A stretch of 64,000 bases of DNA from Octopus sinensis (lineage: Eukaryota). The notes under the pieces are model-generated. The model was given only the letters and a program-made list of their open reading frames with translations, did no database searches and was not told the origin of the DNA. The translations under genes and the position numbers were made by a program. The stretch spans positions 106,268,001 to 106,332,000 of the forward strand of contig NC_042999.1 of the NCBI RefSeq assembly GCF_006345805.1. The letters run 5' to 3'. Below, piece after piece: positions 39,440-54,798 of the stretch (within the stretch, counting starts at the first letter, position 1; each line of letters starts with the position of its first letter).

Positions 39440-39600
39440 ATACCTTAGGAATGAGAACCTAGGTTCGAAATTTCCCGAAGACACTTGATGAAGGTTGGAG
39501 GGTCTATCAGCCGCAACTTTGTGTTAACAACAAACAAGATGAGGACAAATATTCGTAAAATGTAAATAATGTAAATAATGTACATTATTTTAGTATTTAT
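39440..39600 (+). mobile_element. PLE-type terminal repeat with an inactivated hammerhead (sister of 46400-46575)
   Basis: Aligns to 46402-46560; the core reads TTGATGA and GCAA instead of CTGATGA and GAAA. Confidence 0.75.
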
Positions 39601-42096
39601 AATCAGTTTTATCGTAAAAATTCTCTCAAAGTTTCTGCAAGACCTTGTACATTGAATAAATAATCTCCTAGTGTCCATCTCATGAATATGTCAGGAAACT
39701 ATTATCAGGAGATATGGTATTCGCTAAATAGAGATTGTGCGATCTTGGTAGCTCTGCGCATTAAAGAACAGTTTTGTATTAAACGCAAAATATCTTCAGA
39801 GATTCCATTATAGTCAACCAGAATTAATATCCTCCACCAGACAGCAGATTGTACTCTCCCTCTCTCACACACGCACACACACACATACATACACACACAA
39901 ACACACACACAAACACATATATATATACATATATTGTGCGTGTGAGCGTGTGTGTGCATGTATGTGTGTGCATTCCACTCACAGACACTGTGCACGCACA
40001 CATATATACATATAGTGGCGTATGTACGTACATGCGTGTGCGCACGCGTATGTGTGTGCACGTGTGTGTGAACGTGCATGAATGTTATTTTATAAATTTA
40101 TGAATGAAAGAAATAAAGGAAGCTACAAAAATGAAATTAAAGTAAAATTAAATGTGATCAAATAAATCAATACAGAGATTGGTCATGCATGTAAAATATA
40201 ATAAGATCAAAGAAATATTAAGCTTATTTCGTTGTCATGGTAACTCCAAGAAAATACTTGATAGATCACCCATGAAAATGAGGTGTTTTGTTTTGTTTTT
40301 CATAGCACGCCATCAAAGGGAAAAAAGCATTGAATTGAACTTAGTATGATGAGGAAACATTTGTCAATGATATATCCTTTGTACTTTTCACTACAGAGTA
40401 CTGTAACCATCAATAATACCTTATTTGTAGCTTATGAGATATTAGTGGATATATACAAGGCTAGAGACTCAATATTGTTGAGTGTGAACTTGCAAAATTC
40501 GATCGGTAAACTGGTAGCTTAGTAAGTGTTATACTCAGTAATAAGTGCAATGTAATCATAACGGGAAGAAAATGAGAAGGAAATGTAATGCGTGTATAGT
40601 TATATGTGAGTGTGTGTGTGTATGTGTGTGTGTGCGCTCGTTAAAGCAATAGCATGTACCATTAAAGTTATTCTTAAAATGAATTGCGTTAGAGTCGCTC
40701 ATTTGAGGCATTTTGTTTCATTAGATATTATGTGCAAATAGTAATGTAATTTGATGAATGATATTGCTATGATTATGGTGTAACAAATATGGAACTTAAG
40801 TGAGCTACAGCGAGAAATTAAGTTATGTGTCTACTACATACAATTTCAGTCACTACAGATATATTACAGGGTTTCTGGTTCACAAAGGATACACTTAATG
40901 TATTATTTTGATTTCGTATACTTATTTTACTTTCTCTCTGTAATGAAATCTCATTGAATCCTTCTGATTGAATTGAATTTAGTATATAACTTTAGTTAAA
41001 TATCTTAACTAATAAAGTAGACTAGATTTGCGCTATATAAATCGCTTTTCTCCATTTTGTACTATTCCTTCTGTTGATAGAGCTGTATGGACAGATTTAG
41101 CCGAGAAAATTAGGTAACTAATTATTTTATCAGAGCTTTTTGTTGCTAGGTGATTGTAAAGATAATGTTAAATCATAGAAAGTTAAAACCACTAGAAATA
41201 GTTTCAACAGAATGCAAAAACATGGGGGTGAATATGCGAGTGAGTGTAAGGATAGAGATAGTGTGTGGGGAACGAGTGCAACAAGCTGGTAGTGGAAATT
41301 GTTTTGCAAAATTTCATCTGGTTGGAATATTATTATATATATGGTGAAAAGGAAAAGATATTATAAAGACTATATTGGGGCTTGGATTGAGAATGAGTAA
41401 CAATAGTTGGGATGGGTTGATTAAACGATGTAGTTTGGCTACAATATGTCAGGACTTGAAAAGCAACATGTTGTATTCATTTAGAGTGACGATGACCTTG
41501 TATAATGCCATTATATCCCTATAAATGTAAATGTGAACATTGCTTTTGTGGTATCCATTCTTAAATTGTTTTTTCTTTCACTTTCTTTACGCAGAACTAT
41601 GTCTGAAGCGTTGCTCTGAATTGTTTTCTCCTTTTACATACAGTGTAATGTACAGAGGTAATATTTCGGATATAATATTCTTCAAGTCAATGAATGTGCA
41701 ACCCATTTCAATCATGTTGCTACCAGTTTAAGTGTTGGCTTACAGAATAACTAAACGGAAATGGATGAATGCTTGGAGTGAGTCAATATATCAAAGTCAT
41801 TTGAACTAGATTCACATTGTTTAGCTGTGCAAATGGCTGTATATTTTGTTTTATTGAACAGTAAAAGCTGGCAAGTCTATGTCAACAAATATTTTTTTAC
41901 TAGATTGAATCATTGGACAGTGGTCATGCTTCGGTACTCTCTTCAGGGCCATTTCGATCATGTAGACAAGGGTTTGCATTTCAGTCGGGTACATGTTTTT
42001 ATCGATACCACATTGTCAGAAGTTTAAGCTCTGACTTGATCGATTAAAGCATGGAGGCATGAACAGTAGTACTCACACTAACACGCACACGCAGAG

Positions 42097-42146
<50 letters not shown>

Positions 42147-42147
42147 C

Positions 42148-42196
<49 letters not shown>

Positions 42197-43430
42197 AGGG
42201 GGGAGAAAGAAATTCCAGAGTCAGTGTATCAAATTCTACTCCCGAAGTTCTAGTCAAAACTTATTTCAGTATTTATGTATCACCAAAGTCACTACACAGA
42301 GACAGCGGACACTAAGTCACGTTATTACAATCCAGATACTGAAGTAAACTGCTATTTTAAAGTGTATATTGCGTATTTAAAATCATCATTTTGTGAATTG
42401 TTTAAACATACTAAAGATTAGTGATTGTTATGCAAGGTATTTTATGAATAGTATGTTAGCTATTTGTTCTCCATATTTATAAAAAAAAGTAACCGAATAA
42501 GGCTACTCATCATCATTCGCGGAAACATTTGTTATAATATCATCACCAGAAGCAGCATAACCGCTGAAACATCACATCAGAAAGATCATAGCAGCGTTTC
42601 AATTACAGCAACGTCAAAAATAACTGTACTACAAACAATCACAAGAGACGATAACTTCTTTAAGTTTCATCCAATTTTTCGTCGTATACATAACTAAAGC
42701 AGAAAAGTGAAGTACAGTAGATCTTCAACACGAACTACGATAAGTAATGTATCCAAGTTAGCTTTCTGCAACATCAGAAATTATCAAAAAAGTTGATTCT
42801 GAATAAACATGGATGTAATTTGTTCCTAATCATTTGCCAAGAACGTGTTCGATTTCATTAAAAAATTATATACGATACAAAGTATAAGCTAATGACAACC
42901 AGGTATATGTAGCAAAATTATTTCTCGTGTTTATTCTTTAGATATATTTGACATTTACGATTGTTAAATATTTTCATATTTCTTCTTGCACCCTTTTCCG
43001 CTAGACGCTGGGATGTGTGAAACAATTTCCAAAAGTAGCAACTTCGAATCGTTTCTCTCACCATATTAAAGGTCTAAATATCATGTGGTTGTTGATTTTG
43101 TCCCACGTATCAGTCCTGATTGAAGTGGTTTGTCAGCAAAATTATTCTAACTGTGATGACTGCGACTGTGTACATAAGGAGGATTTTATTTTCCAATACA
43201 TCACTCTATTTGGAGGTCACAAATCAGACTGAGGCCCCTCATTATTCTCTGATTCTGATCCCATGGATTAATAAGTGTGGAACACGGTACACACTTATCT
43301 GGTAAACAAGATGAACGCAGCGTGCCAAGATCTTCCTAGGTACACAGCATGTGCCAGGACTTGGAAGCTTGATGATGCCGTAATTATTGTGATGGCAACT
43401 ACTTACACACACACACACACACACACACAC

Positions 43431-43508
<78 letters not shown>

Positions 43509-45984
43509 GTAATGACAGACAGAGATGGTTTTACTGACTCTGCACTCTGCAATAAAGCTAAATATCGTTGCTAACCAAATGAAATGGAATATTGGCAAAC
43601 ACTGTGAGATATGTTGGTGTATTTTCGCTGAATAGAACTATTCGACTCAGTTTTGATTTAAAGTTAATAATTTTCGCCACAGATGTCGCTACTAATTCTT
43701 TAGAAAGTCGTACATTTTAGGCATGCTATCTTACCTGAGTCCCTAATCAAAAAATGAATAGAATATTTTTTGTATTGAGTTTTATGCATTTTCAGGAACA
43801 AATAGATAACCAAAACAAAAGTCCTTTCAGTTATGTCTTCATACTTCCAAGTTCTAAATACAAATCTTACTGCATAATTAACTTTGCGTTTCGACCCAAT
43901 GGTGTTAATAACAAAAAGTAAAAACTGATATTTGTGTTGATACAATTCATTAAATATATCTCAGCATACGTTTGTCATTTGCCATTACCAGAAAACATTA
44001 TTATGAATATGTAAGGATATGTCTCTAAATTTGGATAATGTTGTTCACCTAAAAGTTCAACTTAGTAACTGAAGCAATAGAATAAATATTACGCCGTTCT
44101 TTTACTACTTGAGAGAAGAATCAAATTTATATTGGATCTTTGTATATTAGTGATGATAGTATTTAAATTTTACTGGATTATGTGCATACACGATACCAAA
44201 ATGTGACTACTTTGAGGCCTTACAAAAACACACCTCAAACCCTCTTTCCATTTATTTCTCTCACTCTCTCTCCCTGTCTCTCTCTCCATATCTCCTGTCT
44301 CTCTCTCATCTATTTATCTCTCTTTCTATCTATCAACCTGCCCATCAATCTGCCTATCTCTTTATCTGTCTCTCTGTCTACCTGTCTATCTATATCTACA
44401 TTGCCATTGTTGAGACCGAAGAGAAATGAAAAAGGTATGTTAGATATACCATTCGGTGCTAATATGGTTGAACTCACAACATTTGAACTAGAATCATAGA
44501 ATTCATCAATCTAACTATCTAATAATAATGACGACTATGATGACGATGGCAATGAGGCAAATGATATTATAGTCTCGACAGGTGGCTCTTCAAATTGTAA
44601 GCAGTATCAATAGCAATCATAATCGTAAAAAGAAGAAAAACAAAAGTGAATATAAACGTATGAAAATAATTTATGTTTCATTTCCTGCAACCAAACATAG
44701 TAAGACTAGGCGACTCAAAGTTGTTACTATTCATAAGCTGGATGTGTTTGGAAGAAAGTTTCCAGACTGGATGAAAATAGTATTTGATTCCTGATCAGTC
44801 TCTCAAATGATTTTGAAAGACATTGTTGTTCGTTTTGTAATGATTTCTTTAGTTATTCTATCGTGCAACGTCTCTGTCAATAGATAAGCAGAGTTCTACT
44901 GTTGTTTTTACATACGTCAATATGACACTGGTCACACCCAGGCATTCAGAAAATAACGATCAATCACTGATGTATATAATACAACCATTTTTCCAGATAG
45001 TTTGGCATCATATAAACAAGAAATATATCAATCATTGGCAGATGGAAAAGAATAGGAAATGAAACAGATAGACAGACATATAACAGTTTATAGTTATAAA
45101 TTTTTTTTAAAGTAACAAAGGGAATGGGTGTATATATGTGTGTGTGCAGAGATATACGAGTGACTCTGTGCACGCGCGATGTGTGTTAATTAAACGTAGA
45201 TGAAAATAAGAGAAGAATGAGAATCAGAAACGAGCATGATAGAAATAAATTGTATCTTTAAACTGCTCAATGTATTGACACCAAGTGATCTAACTGTACT
45301 AACAGATGAAGATAATGGCCAATGTTCAAACAAATAATCCCCGTTCCTACGTCTTTAAATTGATTTTATTCCTCAATACAATTTATGGAATGACTCGGTC
45401 AATAAATAATCATATGGCTGAAGTATTTCATTATTTGAAATGTTGTCTCATGTATTTAATATAACGAATCCCTAAGAAATATTATTTATATCCATTTGAT
45501 ATTAAACAGTTAGATTCTGACAACAAACAACTGGTTCATTAGTTGGGTAATTGAGCAGTAATCAAACTGGTTTTCCCTTTGCGCATTGCTGTTACTTTAT
45601 TATATAAAAATGGAGCATAAACAGACAAAGGCAAATATCTTTGAATGGCAATTGTAGCATGCAGCTTAAATAATATTCATATAAAATAATCAACTATTGC
45701 TTGTAAACTTACCTAGAACTATCTAAATTATCTCTTTCCACTTTAAAAATGTGCATCATTTGCTTGGCTTTACCATCATTATTGCAACAGTCTATAGGTT
45801 CAAATCTTCCCATAGAAAGCTAAATACTGACATTTTAAACTGTGTCAAGATGAAACCATAAATTACACTTGCTCCTAGTGACTTGGCTATCCAGATATAT
45901 GAATGATATATGAATACACATACACAAGCACGAACACACGCACACACACACATTCACACATATATGTATGTCTATGTATATATA

Positions 45985-46052
<68 letters not shown>

Positions 46053-46399
46053 TTATGTGTGCGCGCGCGTGTGTTGTGTGAACATAGGCGCATGTGTGGC
46101 TGTGTGCGAAGAAGAATGCTTCCGAAACTCATGATTGTGAGTTCTGTCCCACTGCGAGACACCGTTGGAGAGTGTATTCTAGTATATCACCTTATATGTG
46201 TGAGTGTCTGCGCATGCGTGTCTGCAGGTGTATCTATGTGTGTGTGTTTGTCCTCAACCACCGCTTGACAATCGCTATTGGTTTTTGTTTATACATGGCG
46301 GCTCGGCAAAAAGAGGGGTATGCCATCAGTACTAGCCTTTTAAAAATAAATATCGGGATTGGTTTGTGCGATTAAAGCCTTCAAGGTAGTGCGAAAAAT

Positions 46400-46575
46400 A
46401 ACTTAGGAATGAGAACACAGGTTCGAAATTTTCCCCAAGACACCTGATGAAGGCTGGAGTGTATATCAGCCGAAACGTTGTGTTTACAACAAACAAGATG
46501 AGGACAAATATCCGTCAAATGTAAATATTGTAAGTAATGTAAATAATGTACATAACTCCTCATCTCTTAAATATA
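46400..46575 (+). mobile_element. PLE-type terminal repeat fragment
   Basis: Contains a minimal HHR; homologous to 39440-39600. Confidence 0.7.
46438..46485 (+). ncRNA. Minimal type I hammerhead ribozyme, apparently intact core
   Basis: AGACAC-CTGATGA-A-GGCTG(GAGTGTATAT)CAGCC-GAAA-CG-TT-GTGTTT; palindromic AACGTT stem III; predicted cleavage after 46479. Confidence 0.78.
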
Positions 46576-46584
46576 GAGCTGTAC

Positions 46585-47048
46585 TTCTCGACTAGTCAGA
46601 CATGTGCTCTTCGCAACTTTCCTCGTTATACAAGACAGGGTACGCCTGGAAACATCCTGCAATTTACCCTTTTCAGCCCTCGAACAGACAGCAGAAGACT
46701 CCAAAATTTCTTCACAGTTCCATGATCTCTTCCCAGAATCTTTGATATTTCCAATGTTATTTTTGTTTTCCCATGCTCTGAAACGATGGTAGACTTCTTA
46801 TTTGATGTTAAATCACTTTTTTGATCCACAATTACACTTTTATTGGACACTTGTCTAATAATTTAGCACGTTAAAGTTGTTGCTGTTCCACGAAATTGGT
46901 CGCCGTTTGTTTACAACTGCGCGGAGCCAATTTATTTTACAACAGTATGCGCAGACAGATTTTGTCATCACTCATTGAAAAATATCTGGAACGAATAAAT
47001 GCTCTGTTATTTCTTAAAAACGGAGCTGACTAATAATTGGAAACAGTG
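46585..47048 (-). mobile_element. 5' fragment of a Tc1 transposon
   Basis: TIR start TACACTGTTTCCAATTATTAG; DLTSNKKSTIV..TLEISKILGRDHGTVKKF resembles a Tc1 N-terminal HTH. Confidence 0.75.
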
Positions 47049-48730
47049 TATATATATAAGTATGTGTGTGTGTGAGTGTGTGTGTGTGAGTGAGTGTGTG
47101 TCACTAATATCACAAAATTATTAAATGAAAAATATAAAAAGTTACATCGTAAATGTAGACACAGTGTACAATTACTGAATGCTAACTGCATCGGAGAAAA
47201 CAATATTAATATATGCTGCTATAAAATGGGTGCAAGTAAATAATTGGATAAAGTATTGCAACAAAAAGACTAATATTCTAGTGCATTCGTTTGAATTTCA
47301 ATTATATTTAACATATTTCTCATAGTGTATGGCACAAATGGCTATGCGTTTTCAAGATATGGTATAGTAACATGTAATCTAGTAGGTCCTAATACATGCT
47401 GATCTATACTGAAAGCCGGTAGAGAATATTATTGCTGTGTTCGGTATTTTCTGTTGTGAACTGGCGCAGGAACGTATTACATTTCATAAGAATTCAAAGA
47501 TAATATGCCAATAACATTATTTTTAGACAAGGCATCTTCTGTTTCCAGCCATTTGCATTCTCATTCAATTTAAGATACGTCCACAAAAACCGAATTTCCT
47601 TTTCTTAGAATTACATTTGTTGCCATATCTGTTTGGAAATAGGTTTCTTGAAGCAATTAAAGTTAACGTGAATGAAGTAGGGACAATTGTCATTGATACT
47701 AAATCACCTACTGCCTTCTGTAACCATGTTACAAATCACAATGCATTTAATACAAGACATTTCCTGAAATTCTACGTATCTAATTATTTTACTCATTCTA
47801 ACATGAAAAGAAAGATTCTGAACCAAAAAGCAACAAAAGAATATTACATGTAGAATCGACTCTCCAAAACAATATCATTACACGCTCGCCATAGTGATGA
47901 TGTAAATACGCACATACATGCACAAATATGCATGTATAAATAAATGCCCACAAGTATATAAGCACATATATATGTAGAGGTACATATGTATGCATGTACA
48001 TGTTTATGTCTATGCATTGTTTAGTTTGGAAAAACATGTCTTTACAATCATATAAACATTAGAAATAGTTTCGCTACAGAAAATGCATATTACGTAGAGT
48101 CTAAATGATAACCTTAGTTTAGTCGATAAACACTACCTTCAAAAACCTAAATACACGAACATATCTAATGCGCACATATTGAGTGTTTTCTTTAGATGTG
48201 TTCATAGTATAAAAATGTTAGTATGTCCAAGCGTGAAACAGAGGCAGAGTACTCCTACAGAAGTTAGCACCACACGTCCACTTAAGATTTCCAGGACAAA
48301 AGCTGTTTTGTTTGTGTTGAAAGTGGAATGAAGTAATTCCATTGAAGAGACAGATACACAAGTACATGTGTGCGCTATAAATGGTACCTCGGAAATACAT
48401 TCGCCAACTAGAAATCCTTGTTTAACATCTAAAATGGGTGAAATCTTACGTGTATATCTAGGCGCATACGAACAATGAAAGAAAGCGTTGCATATTACAT
48501 CATCAGATGGAGGATACTAAAAGAGTGTAAACTTCAATCTAACAGCAGTCAACTTAAAATGTATAAGTGTGGTTCGCAGTTTCTGTCAGCATGATTGCAA
48601 ATTTGCTTCAATATACTGGCCGACTCTGCATCCCCAGCAGTTTTCCTTCCGTGACATCAATTAATATAAGACCGCTACACTAGACTGTGATATATACATA
48701 TATATTATTCTTAAAAATAAATAATATTGA

Positions 48731-49790
48731 TAGCGACTTCGAGGTTTCGGCCACTTAAGCCATCTTTAGACTGCAATACATTGAAGTTAATCTTGGCTAT
48801 ATACAGACTCTGTTGAGTTAAAATCTGCCCTAGTTGTATAGTCTGAGGGGAGTGGTAATTAGGCTTTAGCGGGGACTATTATGGTGAAGTATTTCGGAGA
48901 AATTTTCAATTACATTTGGGATTATTCTATTGTTTAGAATTTATTCATGTTAGCAGAACAGTGTAAGCAGATGTGCATATATATATATATATGTGCGTTC
49001 CCCTTATACCATGTGTCAGTAGATTTAGTTATTTTTGGTTTTATTGGATCTAATCCTTTGCTTTGACGATGTAAAGTTACAAAGTCCAGTATTAAAAAAA
49101 CTTATTGATTGGATGTATCAATGTTTTGTAATCATATTTTTAGAAGCTCATAAAAGAATGTACGTAGGTAGTATGTTTCACCTGTTCTGTTTCTTTACTT
49201 GTCACTGGTGTTCCTTTTTAGGGTATTTCCTGTTTTAGGCAAGTGGGGGTTGTAATGGTGTTGTTAGAATAGAAATTTGTGTACCTTGTGCTTTGAAATT
49301 CTCAAAGGACTGTGAGTATGCATAAAGGTTGTTGATCTTTATGTTTCTCTTTACGTGGTCATCGTTCTATAAACAAGTTGATTAGTATATAAACATTTTA
49401 GCTATTGTATTTATAGAGGTAAAATTTGTGGGCTATGTGTTTAAAAATATTTCTTGTATTCTGTTTCAAAAGGTGACATTTCGTAATTTGTTCTTTTAGG
49501 CCTTTATGCCTACATATATTAGATTTATAGCAAACCAGTTGCTACCACGATACAATCAACATATGCATACTTTTCGCAACCCAAGTAGGATAAGTTATAT
49601 GTCATCGTCCAAACATAGGTGGACATGAAATTAAAAACACTCCAATTCACATTAGATGGACAATAGTCTCACATAGTCTCACACGTACAACTCTAGCCAA
49701 CTTCGTTCTAATGGGTTCTACCACATTCTAACATTCAATAGACTACATTCTGAACCAAAACAATAACATCCTTGCCTAAATTTTTATTTT
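48731..49790. mobile_element. Decayed Penelope-like remnants: minus-strand HHR-like terminus near 48750 and plus-strand GIY-YIG-like fragment at 49545-49790
   Basis: Minus strand reads CTAAAGA-TGGC..GCC-GAAAC-CTCGAA-GTC. Plus strand translates RYNQHMHTFRNP..TPIHIRWTIVSHS..YN. Confidence 0.55.
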
Positions 49791-52700
49791 ACAAAAGTAT
49801 AGAGTAGTCCACGAGATTAATGTATATTCAAATTGTTTTTACTATGAATGAACATAAAACAAATATGTGTGTGTGCGAGCGCGTGGGGGTTTGTGTATGT
49901 CTATGTATATATGCATGTATGTATGTATGTATGCATGTATGTATGTATGTATGTGTGTGTGTATGTATATTTTGTATATAATTTTTCCAAACGCTTATCT
50001 GAGTTTAATGATATAGTATACTTAGGGCATATGCAAAGAATTGTAACCCAATCTTGAATCGAAAACCTGGTCCGCATATTTATAAGTACATTCTCTGAAA
50101 ACAATAAACACTCGTTATTAAAACTTATGTAAGTATAATATAGGCCCTCTTCTATATATATTCACTTTGTTTTGAAATGTGATGTAGAGTAGATGCAGAT
50201 TCCGAGGTAAATGTAGGTTGTTTTGCACTTAGCTTCTCACAGTTACCATATGTTAGTATTCTTTCCAGATTGAGTTATATGTTTTTTGGCTACTAAATAA
50301 AAGCTTTATAGCCACATGATTCAATTAATTCATGTATTCATGTATTCATAAGTGTTCATTTTAGTAGCTTTATTTTGTATGAAATTAAATTATATCCTAC
50401 TATTAAAAGTGATGGAGGATATCTATATTTGATATTCGTCTCTGGTATTTACCTATTTTGATTAAGCTTAGGTCTGACGAGTAAATGAACTGCAGAATAA
50501 AATCTTGAATCAATGATTGGTCGCAGAGTTTGTTTGACAGGCACATAACACAACTTTCTCTCATCTGACTTATTCTATCTAACATAGTAAAGTGATTATT
50601 ACTTACGTCTGAATAAGTAAGGAGAGATTTGAATGAGAACAAATAGTAATATTATGTAGTTTCGCCATTCCCTAGGAGATGTAAGTAGTATGATAAGCAT
50701 GAATTTAAAGTAAGACTTGATTTACTCTCAAACTTAAAGTCTCTTCTGAATTGTCATGGCAAAACTATGCACAGTTAAAATATGATTTTCATTACTCAAG
50801 TAATTATTTATCTAAAGCCAGTAAAATAAATACGTAGAACATGCAGAGGTTAATACAGTTGACTATGTTGATACTAATTTTATTGTCTTCAGAAGGATAA
50901 TTACAGATTAAATGGAAGCCATATATACTCCTTAATTTTCTTTGACTGTGTGATGATGTTTCAAATTAGCCTTCAGGTGTATTCATCGATCACACATAAA
51001 GTATCGTTGGTTCGTTAAATAATAGAAAACTCGGCAATTTGAAGGGAAGACACAAGCATAATTATATTAGATATGGAGAGGCAGGAATAAGCTAGTTGTC
51101 AATGGTTTAAATATTACAATTTAATTGCACTAACACTAGATTAAGTAACTAATTATTCTTTCTTACGTAGGCTGCATTGCTACATAATGATTCGTGAGGC
51201 TTTTAATGACACCGGCTGAATTGTATAATATTAAAACTAGCAAATCTTTTGAAGTGCGTAATATATACCCAACATGTTCCTACGTTATTTTATATCTTGT
51301 TAATCTTACCAGAAAATGAGGCTTGTTTCAGTTTTAAAGTATAATTTCATAATTAGTCGTTAAGAGGACGGTGGACCACCTATATAATAACCTGCATGGT
51401 CATTCGTGTATTATACTTTAGTTAGTTAAAGAGGTGGAGTGAGTGAGAGGTGAAGTAAGAGTGAGCGAGAGAGGGAGGAATGAAGAAAGTAGTGAGGAAG
51501 AAGTAGAGAAAGGTGATTAATATTAATACATATAGACCAAATGGTCACGTGTCCAGCTAAAGGTAGAGGCAAAGAACGAGAGAAAAAGAAGACGTGAGAA
51601 ATGTAGGGAGAGACATACATAAGTGGAAAAAGACAATACCGACGGAGACGTAAAGAAATGAACGTAGACGAACGTCAAGAATATTTTGAGAAAACGAAAC
51701 TCTGAATATCATAAATACGCAAATCATCTTTTCTTTCCTAAATAGGTTCACGAAATTTTTTCCATTCCTTGGAATTTACACGGGTCCTACAAGCAATATT
51801 AAATACAGTAAAAATAGTATCCGAAACAAAGCAAAGCAACCACAAAAGCTAAACAAAAAATGAACTGGGTGAAGATTATTCTTTATTTCTACACCCCAGA
51901 AAGAATTACAGGTCTTCGATAGTGATTCATCAACATTACACTTAGAGAGATAGAGAATAAGAGGAAAATTGAAGATATTTTTGGAAAGTTAGGATAATTT
52001 TAAATGATTTTGGTTATAGCTCAGTGTATGACATTCCTCAAAGCAAGAAATTTTAGCCTATCTTTCTCAAATATTTCTACGTTTCTCCACTATCATTATC
52101 TACTTGTTATGTAAAACTAAGAATTATAGTCTGAACTTTTGTTCCCTGTTGTAATTTTTCTCTATAATACTGTTTCGTTCCAAATTGGCTTTCCATAGAT
52201 TACCTAAGGCTGATGCAGACTGAATTTTAGATTGCAAGCAGTTGCTATTAAACTAAATTCATTATAATACTAACTTCAGCACAATTTTAAATTTCTAGGC
52301 TACCTTTTCAAATCATTGCAGATTTAACAAACAGGTATTGATTCAGTCGATCATAACAATATGTACGAGAATGTTTAGAAGTTTCAAGGAAATTAATAAT
52401 CACTCGCTTATTTAGTGCAATTTAAATAGCTATTATAAATGCCATATTTAGTATATATCTCTATCGCATTTGAAATTAGAAGTGTTGAAACCAATTCCAG
52501 TCTCCGTTCATCATCCATACATGTGATATATAGATGAAAAAAGTTTTGGTGCTTGCATTTTTAATTATGGGAATATATTTTAAACGAAGTCTTTAATCTG
52601 CTTCTCATAACAAAGCAGTGCTTTTTCATGTCCCTTAAGGGAATATAGTTGAAGATAATCATTATCATGACTTCATTTTAATTATGTGACGATTCCAAAG

Positions 52701-53551
52701 ATATCTCAGATTCTATTGCTGAATTCAAACATCCCATTCTTTTAATGTTTCTATTTGTTCAGAAACAAACTACTATAATTTAAGAAGAATTTAATAATTG
52801 TATTAGAAACCATAGTTATAAAAAGAAATCTAAGTGTCGATTAGAAATGCAGTGAAATTAACGGCATCAATAATAGTAACCCAGTTAAAGAGTGACGACC
52901 TAGATAGATACTAATATAGGATCAGATCTGGAAATTTGTACAAAGGCGTATTTTAAATTATACGTAACATTGTACAATGTACGACACAACACATGCTAAC
53001 TGGGTGAAGCAATCTAAAGGAAATTACGCATAACATTTTAATAATATAGTCGGTACCAAGAAGGACAGTCAAATATTCTGTGAATTAGTCAGTAAAATAC
53101 GTCAATAATTTCTTCCCCGAAGAAATCAATATATGAAGTACAATTTCTCTGAAGCAGGAGACAGATACTAGATGATGATAGCTCGTCTCATTAAGAGGCA
53201 TTTATACTAAATTCTGTCTATCATTTGGTACTTTTTACTGCCAATTAGTGAAGTATTTCCAGCATTTTAAATATTTTGAACAAGCATCAATTTAATGCAA
53301 AAAATACCAATACTCAGAGAATTCAATATAGGAAATTAGTCTACAATGTATATGATATTTATGATTTTTTTATAAACCTAAACCAGCATATTAGTGTAAG
53401 TATACGAATTTGTATATGTGTATACATAGATATTCATATATATGCATACCTACATATGCGCATACTTATAGGCCTGTGTGTTTGTTGATATATATGTGTG
53501 TGAGTGTGTATTATGTATGTATACACACATGCACACAAACACACATATATA

Positions 53552-54798
53552 CAGGGTGCGATTGGTAAATTGTCGTCATTTCATACTTTTAATTTCATTC
53601 ATGCGCATAGTTTATTTTTGATTTTATCGAATACACAGTATAGTAGGGTCAGCTGGGTACTGTCTGTGAGAAAAACAGCACAATAACGCAATTCACTCTG
53701 TCATAAATTTGGAAGCGACATGCTGTAACGCTTGACATTCCCACCTGAAGCACCAATACGTAGATTTCAGAGTATTTAGGTGTAAATCTGAGAACAATGC
53801 AGAAGATTCGGTGAGAGCTGGATGAGTGTAATGGGGATTACAAAGGTATGGCAGCTCGAAAACTCACTTTGATCGTTCTGATAAGAAAAGAACTGAATTT
53901 GTTGGTGAGATCCAGGCGATGATTGACAACGAACCCTCCAAGTCAATCAGGTCCTGGGACATGGGAGTGTCTGAGTTTCTTATCAGTGCATGAAGACATT
54001 CGGTATTACTAATAGAAGATGAGAAAGGGCCAATTTTTATCCCAAGCCATCAAGATTTTGAACAAACGCGAGTATCCCTTCCAACCGAACATTCTATGTT
54101 TTTTTTTCAGACGAGAAATATTCTGCCAGGATCAGATGGTTTACACACACAGAACAACTGTTGGTTTGCCGTGTCCCCAAAACATATACGCAATGTGATA
54201 AAAATCAATCATTCAGTCAATATCGTGGTATTTGGAGTGATCACTAGTCATGGTGCGTTATGCCTCCATTCACCTCCCCACACGGCCTCAGACTCAACAT
54301 GGAGGCTTACAGCAAGCGCTTTGAGGAGGTAGTGCTGCCCTGGAAGTCCCTACGTCTAGCAACATGACTCTGCACCATGCATACAGGCAGAAGAAACCAG
54401 CCATGGCTGTCAGACAATTCCTGCGACCACATCACCCCTAACATCTGGCCACCTAACTCCCCAGACTGCAATCCCCTTGATTGTTATGTTCCGGATGCAG
54501 TTGAGCAAGAAACCAACAAAACTCCTTCTAACATCAAAGATGAACTGATGGCAAAAATTATGGCAGCATTCACCAACTTAAACAAGGAGACAGTCCAGAA
54601 GAGATGCAGGAGATTCCGAAGTTGTCTAGAAGCCATGGCTGAAGCCAATGGCGATTTTATTGAATAAATATTCTCTAGCATTTCAAGCTAGTTTTATGCA
54701 ATTTTGATAAATATATCTGTCAAAATGAGATTTCAGTGTTATTTTCCCTTTTGCTTAATTTTGCTTAAATTAGACGACAATTTGTTCCCCGCACCATG
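53552..54798 (+). mobile_element. DD37D/maT-type transposon, decayed
   Basis: TIRs CAGGGTGCGATTGGTAAATTGTCGTC and GACGACAATTTGTTCCCCGCACCATG; WPPNSPDCNPLD...RFRSCLEAMAEANGDFIE. Confidence 0.9.
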
